DNA of 33,878 nt, taken from assembly GCA_902797095.1 (NCBI GenBank), contig CADBRP010000222.1, forward strand, positions 1 to 33,878. The letters are read 5' to 3'. The translations under genes and the position numbers were made by a program. The notes beneath the pieces were generated by a model. That model did not search any database, was not told the origin of the DNA, and worked only from the letters and a program-made list of their open reading frames with translations. Shown here piece by piece: positions 27,163 through 33,878 of the stretch. The DNA is from an uncultured Eubacteriales bacterium. Its GTDB lineage: Bacteria; Bacillota; Clostridia; Peptostreptococcales; Anaerovoracaceae. Position 1 is the stretch's first letter. Every line of letters begins with the position of its first letter.

Positions 27163-29874
27163 TCATTCTGTGTGCAAAGGCAGGTTGATTCCGTTTTTCC
27201 AGTCTCTGCGGTTTTCCCGGACCGCCTGCTCCAGTTCGGAACGGATCTGCTCATCCACCTGCTCCACCTCCGTCCGGAACTCGTCAGCCGGTACGCGGAA
27301 GGCGTTGTTTCCGAGGATTATCATCTGTTCCAGCCTGTCAGAGGTAGCTACCCTGACATGATACTTCTTTCCTATTTCATATGTCGTTCTTTCTATATAT
27401 GTGTCGGCAGTCTCCGCCTCTCCGGTGAACACCACCGTCACATTGCCGAAACGTTCAGTATGCCTTACGCCGCCTTTGACCCTGTACGCGTCAAACACCA
27501 CGATGACTTCGCACCCCCGGTATCCCTGGTAATTGGACAGGATGCTGATCAGCGCTTCCCGCGCCGCGTCGATACTGGTTTTCGACAGCTCCCTGAGTTC
27601 CTCCCAGGCAAAGATGATATTGTAGCCGTCCACCAGCAGATATTCCTGAAGGTTTTCTGTCCGCGGCGATGCCTGCTTCGGCCTCCGCCGGAACTCTTCG
27701 GATTCGATCACCCGGGCAGGCGAAGTCGGCTTTTTCTCTTTGGGCGTTCCGTAGGTCCTCTCAAAGATCCGGGCGAGCTCTTTATCGGAGACTGCGGCTG
27801 ATGAACTGCTTTTCCCTCCGTATCCCGTACGGAATTCCGTTTCCCGCGGTCCGGCCTCTTCCCTCTCTTTCCGGACGTCCACATGCATGTATTCATCCGC
27901 GATGTTCCAGGGAACGGATCTTCCCGCGCCGTGCGTACAGAAAATGGAATCCGCCGGATTGTCCGGATCGCTGTCCGGATCGTAGCCGCTCTCCAGAATG
28001 GCTTCCTCCTCGCGGTGACAGGGGAAAAAGCCGCCGAAGGTGCAGGACAGATGCCCGTATCCTCTGGTATAGGACGCCGCTTCCGCCCCGTATCCGCGCA
28101 TCTCCGATACCGGCGCGCGCCCCTGGAGAAACGCCGTCTCCTGATCGCCCCCGGAGGATTCATCGATGCGAAGGATCCCGCTCATTCTCTGGATGTCGGC
28201 CATGGCTCTTCCCGCCTGCGCCCTCGGCAGTTCCAGCGTGAACTCATACCATGGTTCCAGAAGCCGGCACTCCGCTTTGCGCAGGGCCTGCCGAAGCGCG
28301 CGGTAAGTAGCCTGCCTGAAGTCGCCTCCCTCTGTGTGTTTCGGGTGCGCTCGTCCGCCCTCGATGGTGATCCTCATGTCGGTCACCGGAGAGCCTGTCA
28401 GAACGCCCGGATGTTCCCGCTCCTTCAGATGGGTGAGGATCAGGCGCTGCCAGTTGGTATCCAGCTCATCGCTGCTGCAGGAGGAGGCGAACTCAAGCCC
28501 GCTTCCCTCCGGCAGAGGCTCCAGGAGCAGATGCACTTCAGCGTAATGCCGCAAAGGCTCGAAATGCCCTGCTCCCCGGACAGGCCGGAGTATCGTTTCC
28601 CTGTATTCTATCTTCCCCTCGTCAAACCGGGGAGAAAAACCATACCGCTGAGTGATCAGGTTCCTCAGGATCTCCAGCTGGATCTCGCCCATCAGGCGCA
28701 CCTGGATCTCCTGAAGTTTTTCATTCCACCGGATGTGGATCTGCGGATCCTCCTCCTCCAGCTCCCGCAGCTGCTGCATGGCCAGAGGCACGCTTACATC
28801 CTCGGGAAGGATCATCTTCCATGTGAGAGCCGGCTGGAGCACTGCCTGGGTATTCTGCCCGAGAAGGCTGCCCAGGCCCTGTCCCGCGAAGGTCCGCGAA
28901 GGTCCGGTCACCGCGGCCAGCATGCCGGGTTCGGCCGCGTCCGCGGTTTCATAGCTTTCCCCGGAGCAGATGCGGATCTGGTGGATCTTCTCCTCTTCTC
29001 CGTCCTCCGAGGTGATGAGCGGTTCCCTTACCCTGAGACTTCCGCCCAGGATCTTCAGATGCGTCAGACGTTCTCCTTTGCTGTCCCGGGTGATCCTGAA
29101 CACCCTCGCCGCGAATTCCTTACCCGCGGGAGCGTTCCTGGTAAACCGGTCCAGGCCGTCCAGAAGGCTTCCTACGCCCCTCTGTTTCAGCGCCGCACCG
29201 AAATAGCACGGAAAGACCTTTCTTCGGCTGACGGCGGAAGCAATGGCGGAATCCTGCAGCTCCTCCCCCGCCAGAAAGCTATCCAGCAGATGCTCATCGC
29301 AGACCGCCAGCTCCTCAGGATCAGGATACGGGGCGTCTTCAGTCTCCCCCGCAGCGCCGGATAATCCGTCTGCGGTCTGCCCCGCAGCGCCGGAGAACCG
29401 GACGCAGTTCGCGTCCAGTGAAGCGCGCAGCGCCTGCATGGCCTTTTCTTCATCAGTTCCGTCAAGGTCCATCTTATTCACAAACACAAACACCGGAATG
29501 GCATGCCTTTGCAGAAGCCTCCAGATCGTAAGCGTGTGCCCCTGAATGAGCTCCTTGCCGCTTACGACCAGCACCGCGTAGTCCAGCACCGCGAGGGTGC
29601 GTTCCATCTCCGCGCTGAGATCCGTATGTCCCGGAGTGTCTACCAGGAAAACCTCCGTCTCCCCGGCATGAAAAACCGCCTGGGAGGAAAAAATAGTGAT
29701 TCCCCTGGCGCGTTCCTGTTCATCCGTATCAAAAAAAGTGTCGCCGTGATCGACCCGCCCCGCCCGGCGAAGATATCCTGACTCCGCGAGGATCGCTTCC
29801 GACAGCGTGGTCTTTCCCGCGTCCACATGAGCGAGTATTCCTATGGTGATCCGTTTCGTTCTGTTCATTGGCAT
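27163..29874 (-). CDS. TetM/EF-G-like translation GTPase fused to C-terminal YacP/Rae1-type NYN domain
   Basis: AHVDAGKTT, ERARGITI, DTPGH, NKMD, domains II-V (EEEDPQ, MGEIQLE, YRETI, LLEPW); C-terminal LLVDGYNII, VVFDAY, TADTYIE, VATSD..EQ. Start may be the second ATG at 29868 (better AGGA spacing). Confidence 0.9.
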   Translation of the reverse strand: MPMNRTKRITIGILAHVDAGKTTLSEAILAESGYLRRAGRVDHGDTFFDTDEQERARGITIFSSQAVFHAGETEVFLVDTPGHTDLSAEMERTLAVLDYAVLVVSGKELIQGHTLTIWRLLQRHAIPVFVFVNKMDLDGTDEEKAMQALRASLDANCVRFSGAAGQTADGLSGAAGETEDAPYPDPEELAVCDEHLLDSFLAGEELQDSAIASAVSRRKVFPCYFGAALKQRGVGSLLDGLDRFTRNAPAGKEFAARVFRITRDSKGERLTHLKILGGSLRVREPLITSEDGEEEKIHQIRICSGESYETADAAEPGMLAAVTGPSRTFAGQGLGSLLGQNTQAVLQPALTWKMILPEDVSVPLAMQQLRELEEEDPQIHIRWNEKLQEIQVRLMGEIQLEILRNLITQRYGFSPRFDEGKIEYRETILRPVRGAGHFEPLRHYAEVHLLLEPLPEGSGLEFASSCSSDELDTNWQRLILTHLKEREHPGVLTGSPVTDMRITIEGGRAHPKHTEGGDFRQATYRALRQALRKAECRLLEPWYEFTLELPRAQAGRAMADIQRMSGILRIDESSGGDQETAFLQGRAPVSEMRGYGAEAASYTRGYGHLSCTFGGFFPCHREEEAILESGYDPDSDPDNPADSIFCTHGAGRSVPWNIADEYMHVDVRKEREEAGPRETEFRTGYGGKSSSSAAVSDKELARIFERTYGTPKEKKPTSPARVIESEEFRRRPKQASPRTENLQEYLLVDGYNIIFAWEELRELSKTSIDAAREALISILSNYQGYRGCEVIVVFDAYRVKGGVRHTERFGNVTVVFTGEAETADTYIERTTYEIGKKYHVRVATSDRLEQMIILGNNAFRVPADEFRTEVEQVDEQIRSELEQAVRENRRDWKNGINLPLHTE

Positions 29875-30169
29875 TCCTGATCACAGGCCTTTCCTGCGAT
29901 CTTTTTTTCTCTGAAGTCAGCCGCAACATACTTCAAGCCGAACTCTTCTCTGACAGACGGCCCAAGCCCACATGATCATATTATACACGCTGAACGCGAA
30001 TCCGGGTGATGAAAACTTCGGTGCCGGGACAATCTTTATACGGCCTGCGGCCGCGCCGCAGACAGCCCCGCAGTGAAAGGAGATGAAATGATGACGCCGA
30101 AAAGGAAAGCAGATGCGGATCTCCGTATTCCGGATCAGACCGCACCTGCGGATGAAAAGACAATTTCAT

Positions 30170-30205
30170 AAAAAAACGCTCTCTCCGAGGCGTACGGACA
30201 GAGCG
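30170..30205 (-). terminator. Intrinsic terminator downstream of the cobalamin-riboswitch-like RNA
   Basis: CGCTCT.TCCG...CGGA.AGAGCG stem followed by 7 U. Confidence 0.7.
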
Positions 30206-30232
30206 GTCATATGCCGGCAAAACAAAAAACCG

Positions 30233-30415
30233 CGCCGCCCTACCTCAGAAGGCTGACTTGGAACAAGCTGGCAGGTCTACCGACTTAATCATCAATCCTA
30301 CTTGGACGCCTTCCCGGAAGTCCCCCTTCCAGTGGCTTTTTATCCGTTCGTAGATATCACGGTTGCTGAGATACAGTGCCGGATTCACACCGGCTTCCGA
30401 AATTACCTCGCTTGC
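30233..30415 (-). ncRNA. Cobalamin (B12) riboswitch, atypical 5' part
   Basis: Minus strand GGAA-GCCGGTGTGAATCCGGC-ACTG...GCAACCGTGA...GCCACTGG...GGGAAGGC...AAGTCGGTAGACCTGCC; loop ATCTCAG complementary to downstream loop CTGAGGT. Confidence 0.85.
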
Positions 30416-30431
30416 TTCTATCACCGCGGCT

Positions 30432-30460
30432 ATCATATCATCCGGCAGTATGCATGTCAA
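30432..30460 (-). promoter_or_regulatory. Sigma-A promoter of the cobalamin-riboswitch RNA
   Basis: TTGACA - 17 nt - TG.TATGAT, immediately after the rplT terminator. Confidence 0.82.
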
Positions 30461-30463
30461 ACG

Positions 30464-30489
30464 AAAAACTCCGGACAGGCCGGAGTTTT
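30464..30489 (-). terminator. Intrinsic terminator of infC-rpmI-rplT
   Basis: AAAACTCCGG...CCGGAGTTTT perfect 10-bp inverted repeat plus U-run. Confidence 0.8.
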
Positions 30490-30523
30490 CGCAGAATATG
30501 TATATATGATGACTGTAATGTCT

Positions 30524-30877
30524 TTACAGCGCGCTCTTCGCAGTCTCACACAGCTGAGCGAAGCCTGCGGGATCGTTGATAGCGATCTCGGAAAGCATCT
30601 TTCTGTTGATATCGATGCCGGACTTCTTCAGACCGTCGATCAGTCTGCTGTAGGACATGCCGTTCATTCTGGCCGCAGCGTTGATTCTCGCGATCCAGAG
30701 CTTACGGAAATCTCTTTTTCTGTTCTTTCTGCCGACGTATGCGGAGCGGAGAGCTCTCATCGTCGCGGGCTTGGCTGCTCTGTAGGTCGTGCTCTTGGAA
30801 CCATAGTAGCCCTTTGCCATCTTCAGAATCTTTTTATGTCTCTTATGTGCGTTTACGCCCTTTTTTACTCTTGCCAT
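30524..30877 (-). CDS. rplT: 50S ribosomal protein L20
   Basis: MARVK...AKGYYG...[15 protein letters not shown]...[10 protein letters not shown]. Confidence 0.98.
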   Translation of the reverse strand: MARVKKGVNAHKRHKKILKMAKGYYGSKSTTYRAAKPATMRALRSAYVGRKNRKRDFRKLWIARINAAARMNGMSYSRLIDGLKKSGIDINRKMLSEIAINDPAGFAQLCETAKSAL

Positions 30878-30889
30878 TTTCGTTCCTCC

Positions 30890-31090
30890 TTACTTGCTCA
30901 GTACTGCCTTGATTCTCTTCAGATCTGCGCTTGTCAGTGTTGTCGCCTTCCTCAGTCCTCTTTTTCTCTTCTGGCTCTTCTTGGTAAGGATATGGCTCTT
31001 ATATGCCTTATTTCTCTTGACTTTTCCTGAACCTGTCACTTTGAACCGTTTGCATGCGCCTCTGTGAGACTTCATCTTATTCTTTGCCAT
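30890..31090 (-). CDS. rpmI: 50S ribosomal protein L35
   Basis: [18 protein letters not shown]...HILTKK..KRKR.LR. Confidence 0.98.
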   Translation of the reverse strand: MAKNKMKSHRGACKRFKVTGSGKVKRNKAYKSHILTKKSQKRKRGLRKATTLTSADLKRIKAVLSK

Positions 31091-31124
31091 GATGCATCCC
31101 TCCTGTATCTGCTTTATAATTTTT

Positions 31125-31646
31125 TCATTTTTTTTCGTTTTTCTTCGGCGAAAGAGTCATTGTCAGGCTTCTTCCCTCAAACTTCGGTTTGCGGTCCACT
31201 GTTCCCACATCGGAAACTGCCTCCGCGAATCTGTCCATGACCTCCATGCCGCGGGAAACATAGTCCCTTTCTCTTCCCCTGAAACGGAGGCTGACCTTCA
31301 GCTTATCCCCGTCCTGAAGGAACTTGGCGGCAGTCTTCGCCTTGACCATGATATCGTGGTCCTCGATAAAGGTGGACAGCCTGATTTCCTTGACCTGCGT
31401 CTGTTTCTGCTTTTTCTTTGCTTCCTTCTCCCGCTTTTGCATCTCGTACTTGTACTTGCCGTAATCAAGAATCCTGCAGACAGGCGGAGCTGCCTTCGGA
31501 GCGATGCAAACAAGATCCAGTTTTTTCTCTTCCGAGAGATTCAAGGCCTCCTGGCGGGACATGATCCCCAGCTGGGTTCCGTCAGTATCGATCACCCTCA
31601 CTTCTCTGGCTCGGATTTCTTCGTTGATGAAAGCTTCTCTGCTAAT
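31125..31646 (-). CDS. infC: Translation initiation factor IF-3 (ATT start)
   Basis: GGAGG then ATT AGC AGA GAA GCT TTC ATC AAC GAA (INEEIRA.EVR), [19 protein letters not shown]; non-canonical ATT start is established for infC. Confidence 0.96.
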   Translation of the reverse strand: MSREAFINEEIRAREVRVIDTDGTQLGIMSRQEALNLSEEKKLDLVCIAPKAAPPVCRILDYGKYKYEMQKREKEAKKKQKQTQVKEIRLSTFIEDHDIMVKAKTAAKFLQDGDKLKVSLRFRGRERDYVSRGMEVMDRFAEAVSDVGTVDRKPKFEGRSLTMTLSPKKNEKK

Positions 31647-31752
31647 GGTTCTGTACCTCCTGTGTAGAACGTCCGCGGAATCACCGCGTGCAACAAAAGC
31701 GACTTTCGCTCAGCCTCCGGACTTCTCCGGACTGAATCTTCCCCTTCAGAAT

Positions 31753-31875
31753 AAAAAACAGCGAACACAAAGTGTCCGCAGTGCTTTCAGACAGGCTTTC
31801 GCTGAACGAAACCCTTCATCCTGTTGACCCAGGCGCCGGAGCCCCTAAGGTGAGAAGCGGAACACTTCTTCTTTC
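31753..31875 (-). ncRNA. Ribosomal protein L20 leader
   Basis: Minus strand AGAAG...CCGCTTCTCACCT...AAGGG...GCGGACAC..GTGTTCGC-U-run upstream of infC. Confidence 0.85.
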
Positions 31876-31885
31876 TACGGCGACT

Positions 31886-31914
31886 ATCCTAACACATTAC
31901 ACACCGCAGTGCAA
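31886..31914 (-). promoter_or_regulatory. Sigma-A promoter of infC operon
   Basis: TTGCAC - 17 nt - TG.TAGGAT. Confidence 0.65.
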
Positions 31915-32029
31915 GCACTTTTTTTCATCCATGGAATCCTGTCCGCAATTGCAGGCTCCCGGAAAATAAGTTACAATTATATATACTCATTTATTTAGTT
32001 TTGCCGCGCGAGGCCAGGAGATAACTGAA

Positions 32030-33424
32030 ATGTCGGAACTGAATCCGGATATTTATCTGCCGCTCAATGAAATGCTCTCCATTCTCGAAAGCATCACTGA
32101 CGGGGTTTTTATTGACAGCGCCGAGGGAATCTGCCTCTGGTGCAACAGCGCATGCGAGGATCTCTATGGAATCACCATTGAAGAGATCCAGGGAAAAACA
32201 GTGGACAAGCTGGAACAGGAAGGGATCTTCTCCCCTTCCGTCACCAGACGGGTCCTCGCGGAGGGCCGCGAACTGACGATCATTCACGAGAATAAGGAAG
32301 GCGTGCGTCTTCTGACAACAGGCATGCCGGTCTCCGGCACATCCGGCAAAACGGAGTTCATTATCACTACGTCCAGAGATATCAGCCGGATCACGCAAAT
32401 GCAGAAGGGTCCCGGCGCGATGCCCATTACCGGCCTCCGGGACGTCAAAGCGCTGGACTCCTATGATTTCGGAAGCGACCATATCATCGCCCGGAGCGAA
32501 CCCATGAAAAACGTCATGGCTCTGGCAAAACGTCTCGCGTCCGTTAACTCCACGGTGCTTATCACCGGGGAATCCGGCGTGGGCAAGGGCCTGATCGCCC
32601 GTACCCTCCACGAGGAAGGAACCCGCTGGAAGAACCCCTTTATCACGGTCAACTGCGGCGCGATCCCCGAGACGCTGATCGAATCCGAGCTGTTCGGATA
32701 TGTCCCCGGATCCTTCACCGGTTCCCGGGCGGGCGGAAAGCGCGGCCTGTTCGAAGCCGCCCAGAAGGGCACTATTTTCCTGGACGAGATCTCCGAGCTT
32801 CCGCTGAATCTGCAGGTCAAGCTTCTTCAGGTCATCCAGGAAAGGCAGATCACGCCCGTCGGCGGCGTGGAGCCCATCCCGATCGATGTGCGCATCATCT
32901 CAGCCACGAACCGGAATCTGGCCGAACTGGTGCAGAACGGAAAGTTCCGTGAGGACCTCTACTACCGGCTGAATGTCGTTCCCATCGAGGTTCCTCCTTT
33001 AAGAGACCGTCCTGATGATATCCTTCCTTTAATACAGATGTATCTGACGAGATGCAACCGGGAGCTGCATGAAGACAAATCCATCAGCGCCGAAGCCACA
33101 GCTGTTCTCCTGAAATATCCGTGGCCGGGCAATATCCGGGAGCTTCAGAATATCGTCGAGCGGCTGGTGATCACATCCTCTTCAAGGGTGATCACTGAGG
33201 ATGACATTTTCATCTTCATTAAGGAGGCGGCAGAACAGAATACCAGCATCAATACCGACACGTCCCTTGCGGCGGCCCTTGAAAAGGCGGAGAAGACGAT
33301 TCTCCAGCAGGCGCTCTCCGATTACGGCTCTACGCGGGCTATCGCAAAGGCTCTCAGCATCAGCCAGCCCACCGTAGTACGTAAACTCGCGAAGTACGGA
33401 CTTCACAAGGAAGACATTTCCTGA
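32030..33424 (+). CDS. PAS-domain sigma-54-dependent enhancer-binding activator
   Basis: N-terminal PAS, GESGVGK, NCGAIP..LIESELFG, GSFTGS loop, FLDEI, FREDLYYRLNV, WPGNIREL, C-terminal HTH; AGGAG RBS. Confidence 0.95.
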   Translation: MSELNPDIYLPLNEMLSILESITDGVFIDSAEGICLWCNSACEDLYGITIEEIQGKTVDKLEQEGIFSPSVTRRVLAEGRELTIIHENKEGVRLLTTGMPVSGTSGKTEFIITTSRDISRITQMQKGPGAMPITGLRDVKALDSYDFGSDHIIARSEPMKNVMALAKRLASVNSTVLITGESGVGKGLIARTLHEEGTRWKNPFITVNCGAIPETLIESELFGYVPGSFTGSRAGGKRGLFEAAQKGTIFLDEISELPLNLQVKLLQVIQERQITPVGGVEPIPIDVRIISATNRNLAELVQNGKFREDLYYRLNVVPIEVPPLRDRPDDILPLIQMYLTRCNRELHEDKSISAEATAVLLKYPWPGNIRELQNIVERLVITSSSRVITEDDIFIFIKEAAEQNTSINTDTSLAAALEKAEKTILQQALSDYGSTRAIAKALSISQPTVVRKLAKYGLHKEDIS

Positions 33425-33431
33425 CATTTTC

Positions 33432-33544
33432 GATTCATTTTTGTATCGCCGATTCATTTTTGTATCAATAGGGTTTTTGCCCGAAAATGTGCATTTTTCG
33501 GCGTTCTGTACCTTTTGCCCCAGAGGTCGATTCATAAATGAATC
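33432..33544. promoter_or_regulatory. Three GATTCA-N4-TG(A/T)ATC dyads, candidate activator-binding sites
   Basis: GATTCATTTTTGTATC at 33432-33447 and 33451-33466; GATTCATAAATGAATC at 33529-33544. Confidence 0.7.
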
Positions 33545-33718
33545 AAAGCGCGTTTTCCATTCACGCCGGACGCGCTTCTTTTTTTGACCCTTTCGGCCGT
33601 TCCGATTTTGCCCCGCGTTTGTCCTGATCGCTCAAACCGTTGCAATTACTGAATTCTCGCCCCTGCCTTTGCGGGGAAACATCTTTTTTCATTCTCCCGT
33701 TCCCGCGTTCTCCGCTTC

Positions 33719-33734
33719 TGGCACAGAACTTGCT
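33719..33734 (+). promoter_or_regulatory. Sigma-54 -24/-12 promoter
   Basis: TGGCACAGAACTTGCT: exact TGGCAC-N5-TTGCW with GG-N10-GC spacing. Confidence 0.92.
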
Positions 33735-33827
33735 ATATTTATCAGTGGGAAAAGAGGTGATCAAATCCTCTTGACCTGTAAATGCGTATACTAAAGTTGA
33801 TGTTATTTTTAAGGAGGATTACAGAAA

Positions 33828-33878
33828 ATGGCAGAAACAGCAAAAGAATATGTAGCAGAATTAGTAGCAAAAGCCAGA
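33828..33878 (+). CDS. Partial CDS (runs off window), probably CoA-acylating aldehyde dehydrogenase
   Basis: AAGGAGG RBS, MAETAKEYVAELVAKAR resembles the LV.KAR.AQ N-terminal helix of SucD/AdhE/EutE-like enzymes; only 17 codons visible. Confidence 0.55.
   Translation, partial: MAETAKEYVAELVAKAR

Noticed and set aside
27883-29364. 493-aa plus-strand ORF and similar long antisense ORFs across the window
   Set aside because: Fully overlap well-supported minus-strand genes in GC-rich DNA
27163-29874. Tetracycline resistance gene (tetM/tetW) on a mobile element
   Set aside because: Lacks the YSPVST domain IV loop, carries an NYN extension, and has no integrase, relaxase or transposase nearby
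29981-30460. ORFs 29981-30220 and 30245-30460 as the riboswitch-controlled gene
   Set aside because: One overlaps the promoter and aptamer, the other crosses a terminator; no RBS or protein-like features
31644-31646. ATT start codon as a novelty
   Set aside because: Established autoregulatory feature of infC
33771-33797. Second sigma-A promoter before the final gene
   Set aside because: TTGACC is 10 nt from TATACT and 15 nt from TAAAGT; spacing is wrong

Overview
Chromosomal, mostly housekeeping/metabolic region of a moderately GC-rich anaerobic Bacillota (Clostridia-like; Anaerovoracaceae is a guess from gene content). Almost all genes are on the minus strand. In transcription order: L20 leader + infC(ATT start)-rpmI-rplT; an atypical cobalamin-riboswitch-like RNA with its own promoter and no B12 gene behind it; a TetM/EF-G-like GTPase fused to a YacP/Rae1 NYN nuclease; a lipoprotein trigger-factor homologue; a single-aptamer glycine riboswitch + Ala/Gly symporter; nrdR-cmk with an NrdR box in its own promoter; radC-minD (no mreBCD/minC; MinD lacks its membrane helix)-ECF S component; a butyryl-CoA:acetate-type CoA transferase; a fusion of a MetH-type B12 reactivation domain with a RACE/ASKHA corrinoid activator; rny; cysteine desulfurase-thiI; a long por(gamma,delta,alpha,beta)-iorAB-paaK-ACT-srtB-MFS-cobB-maf-mntP-EamA run. 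At the right end a plus-strand PAS sigma-54 activator precedes three candidate enhancer sites, a -24/-12 promoter and the start of a probable acylating aldehyde dehydrogenase. No tRNA, rRNA, CRISPR or mobile element was recognised. All calls are by eye from motifs; no searches were run.
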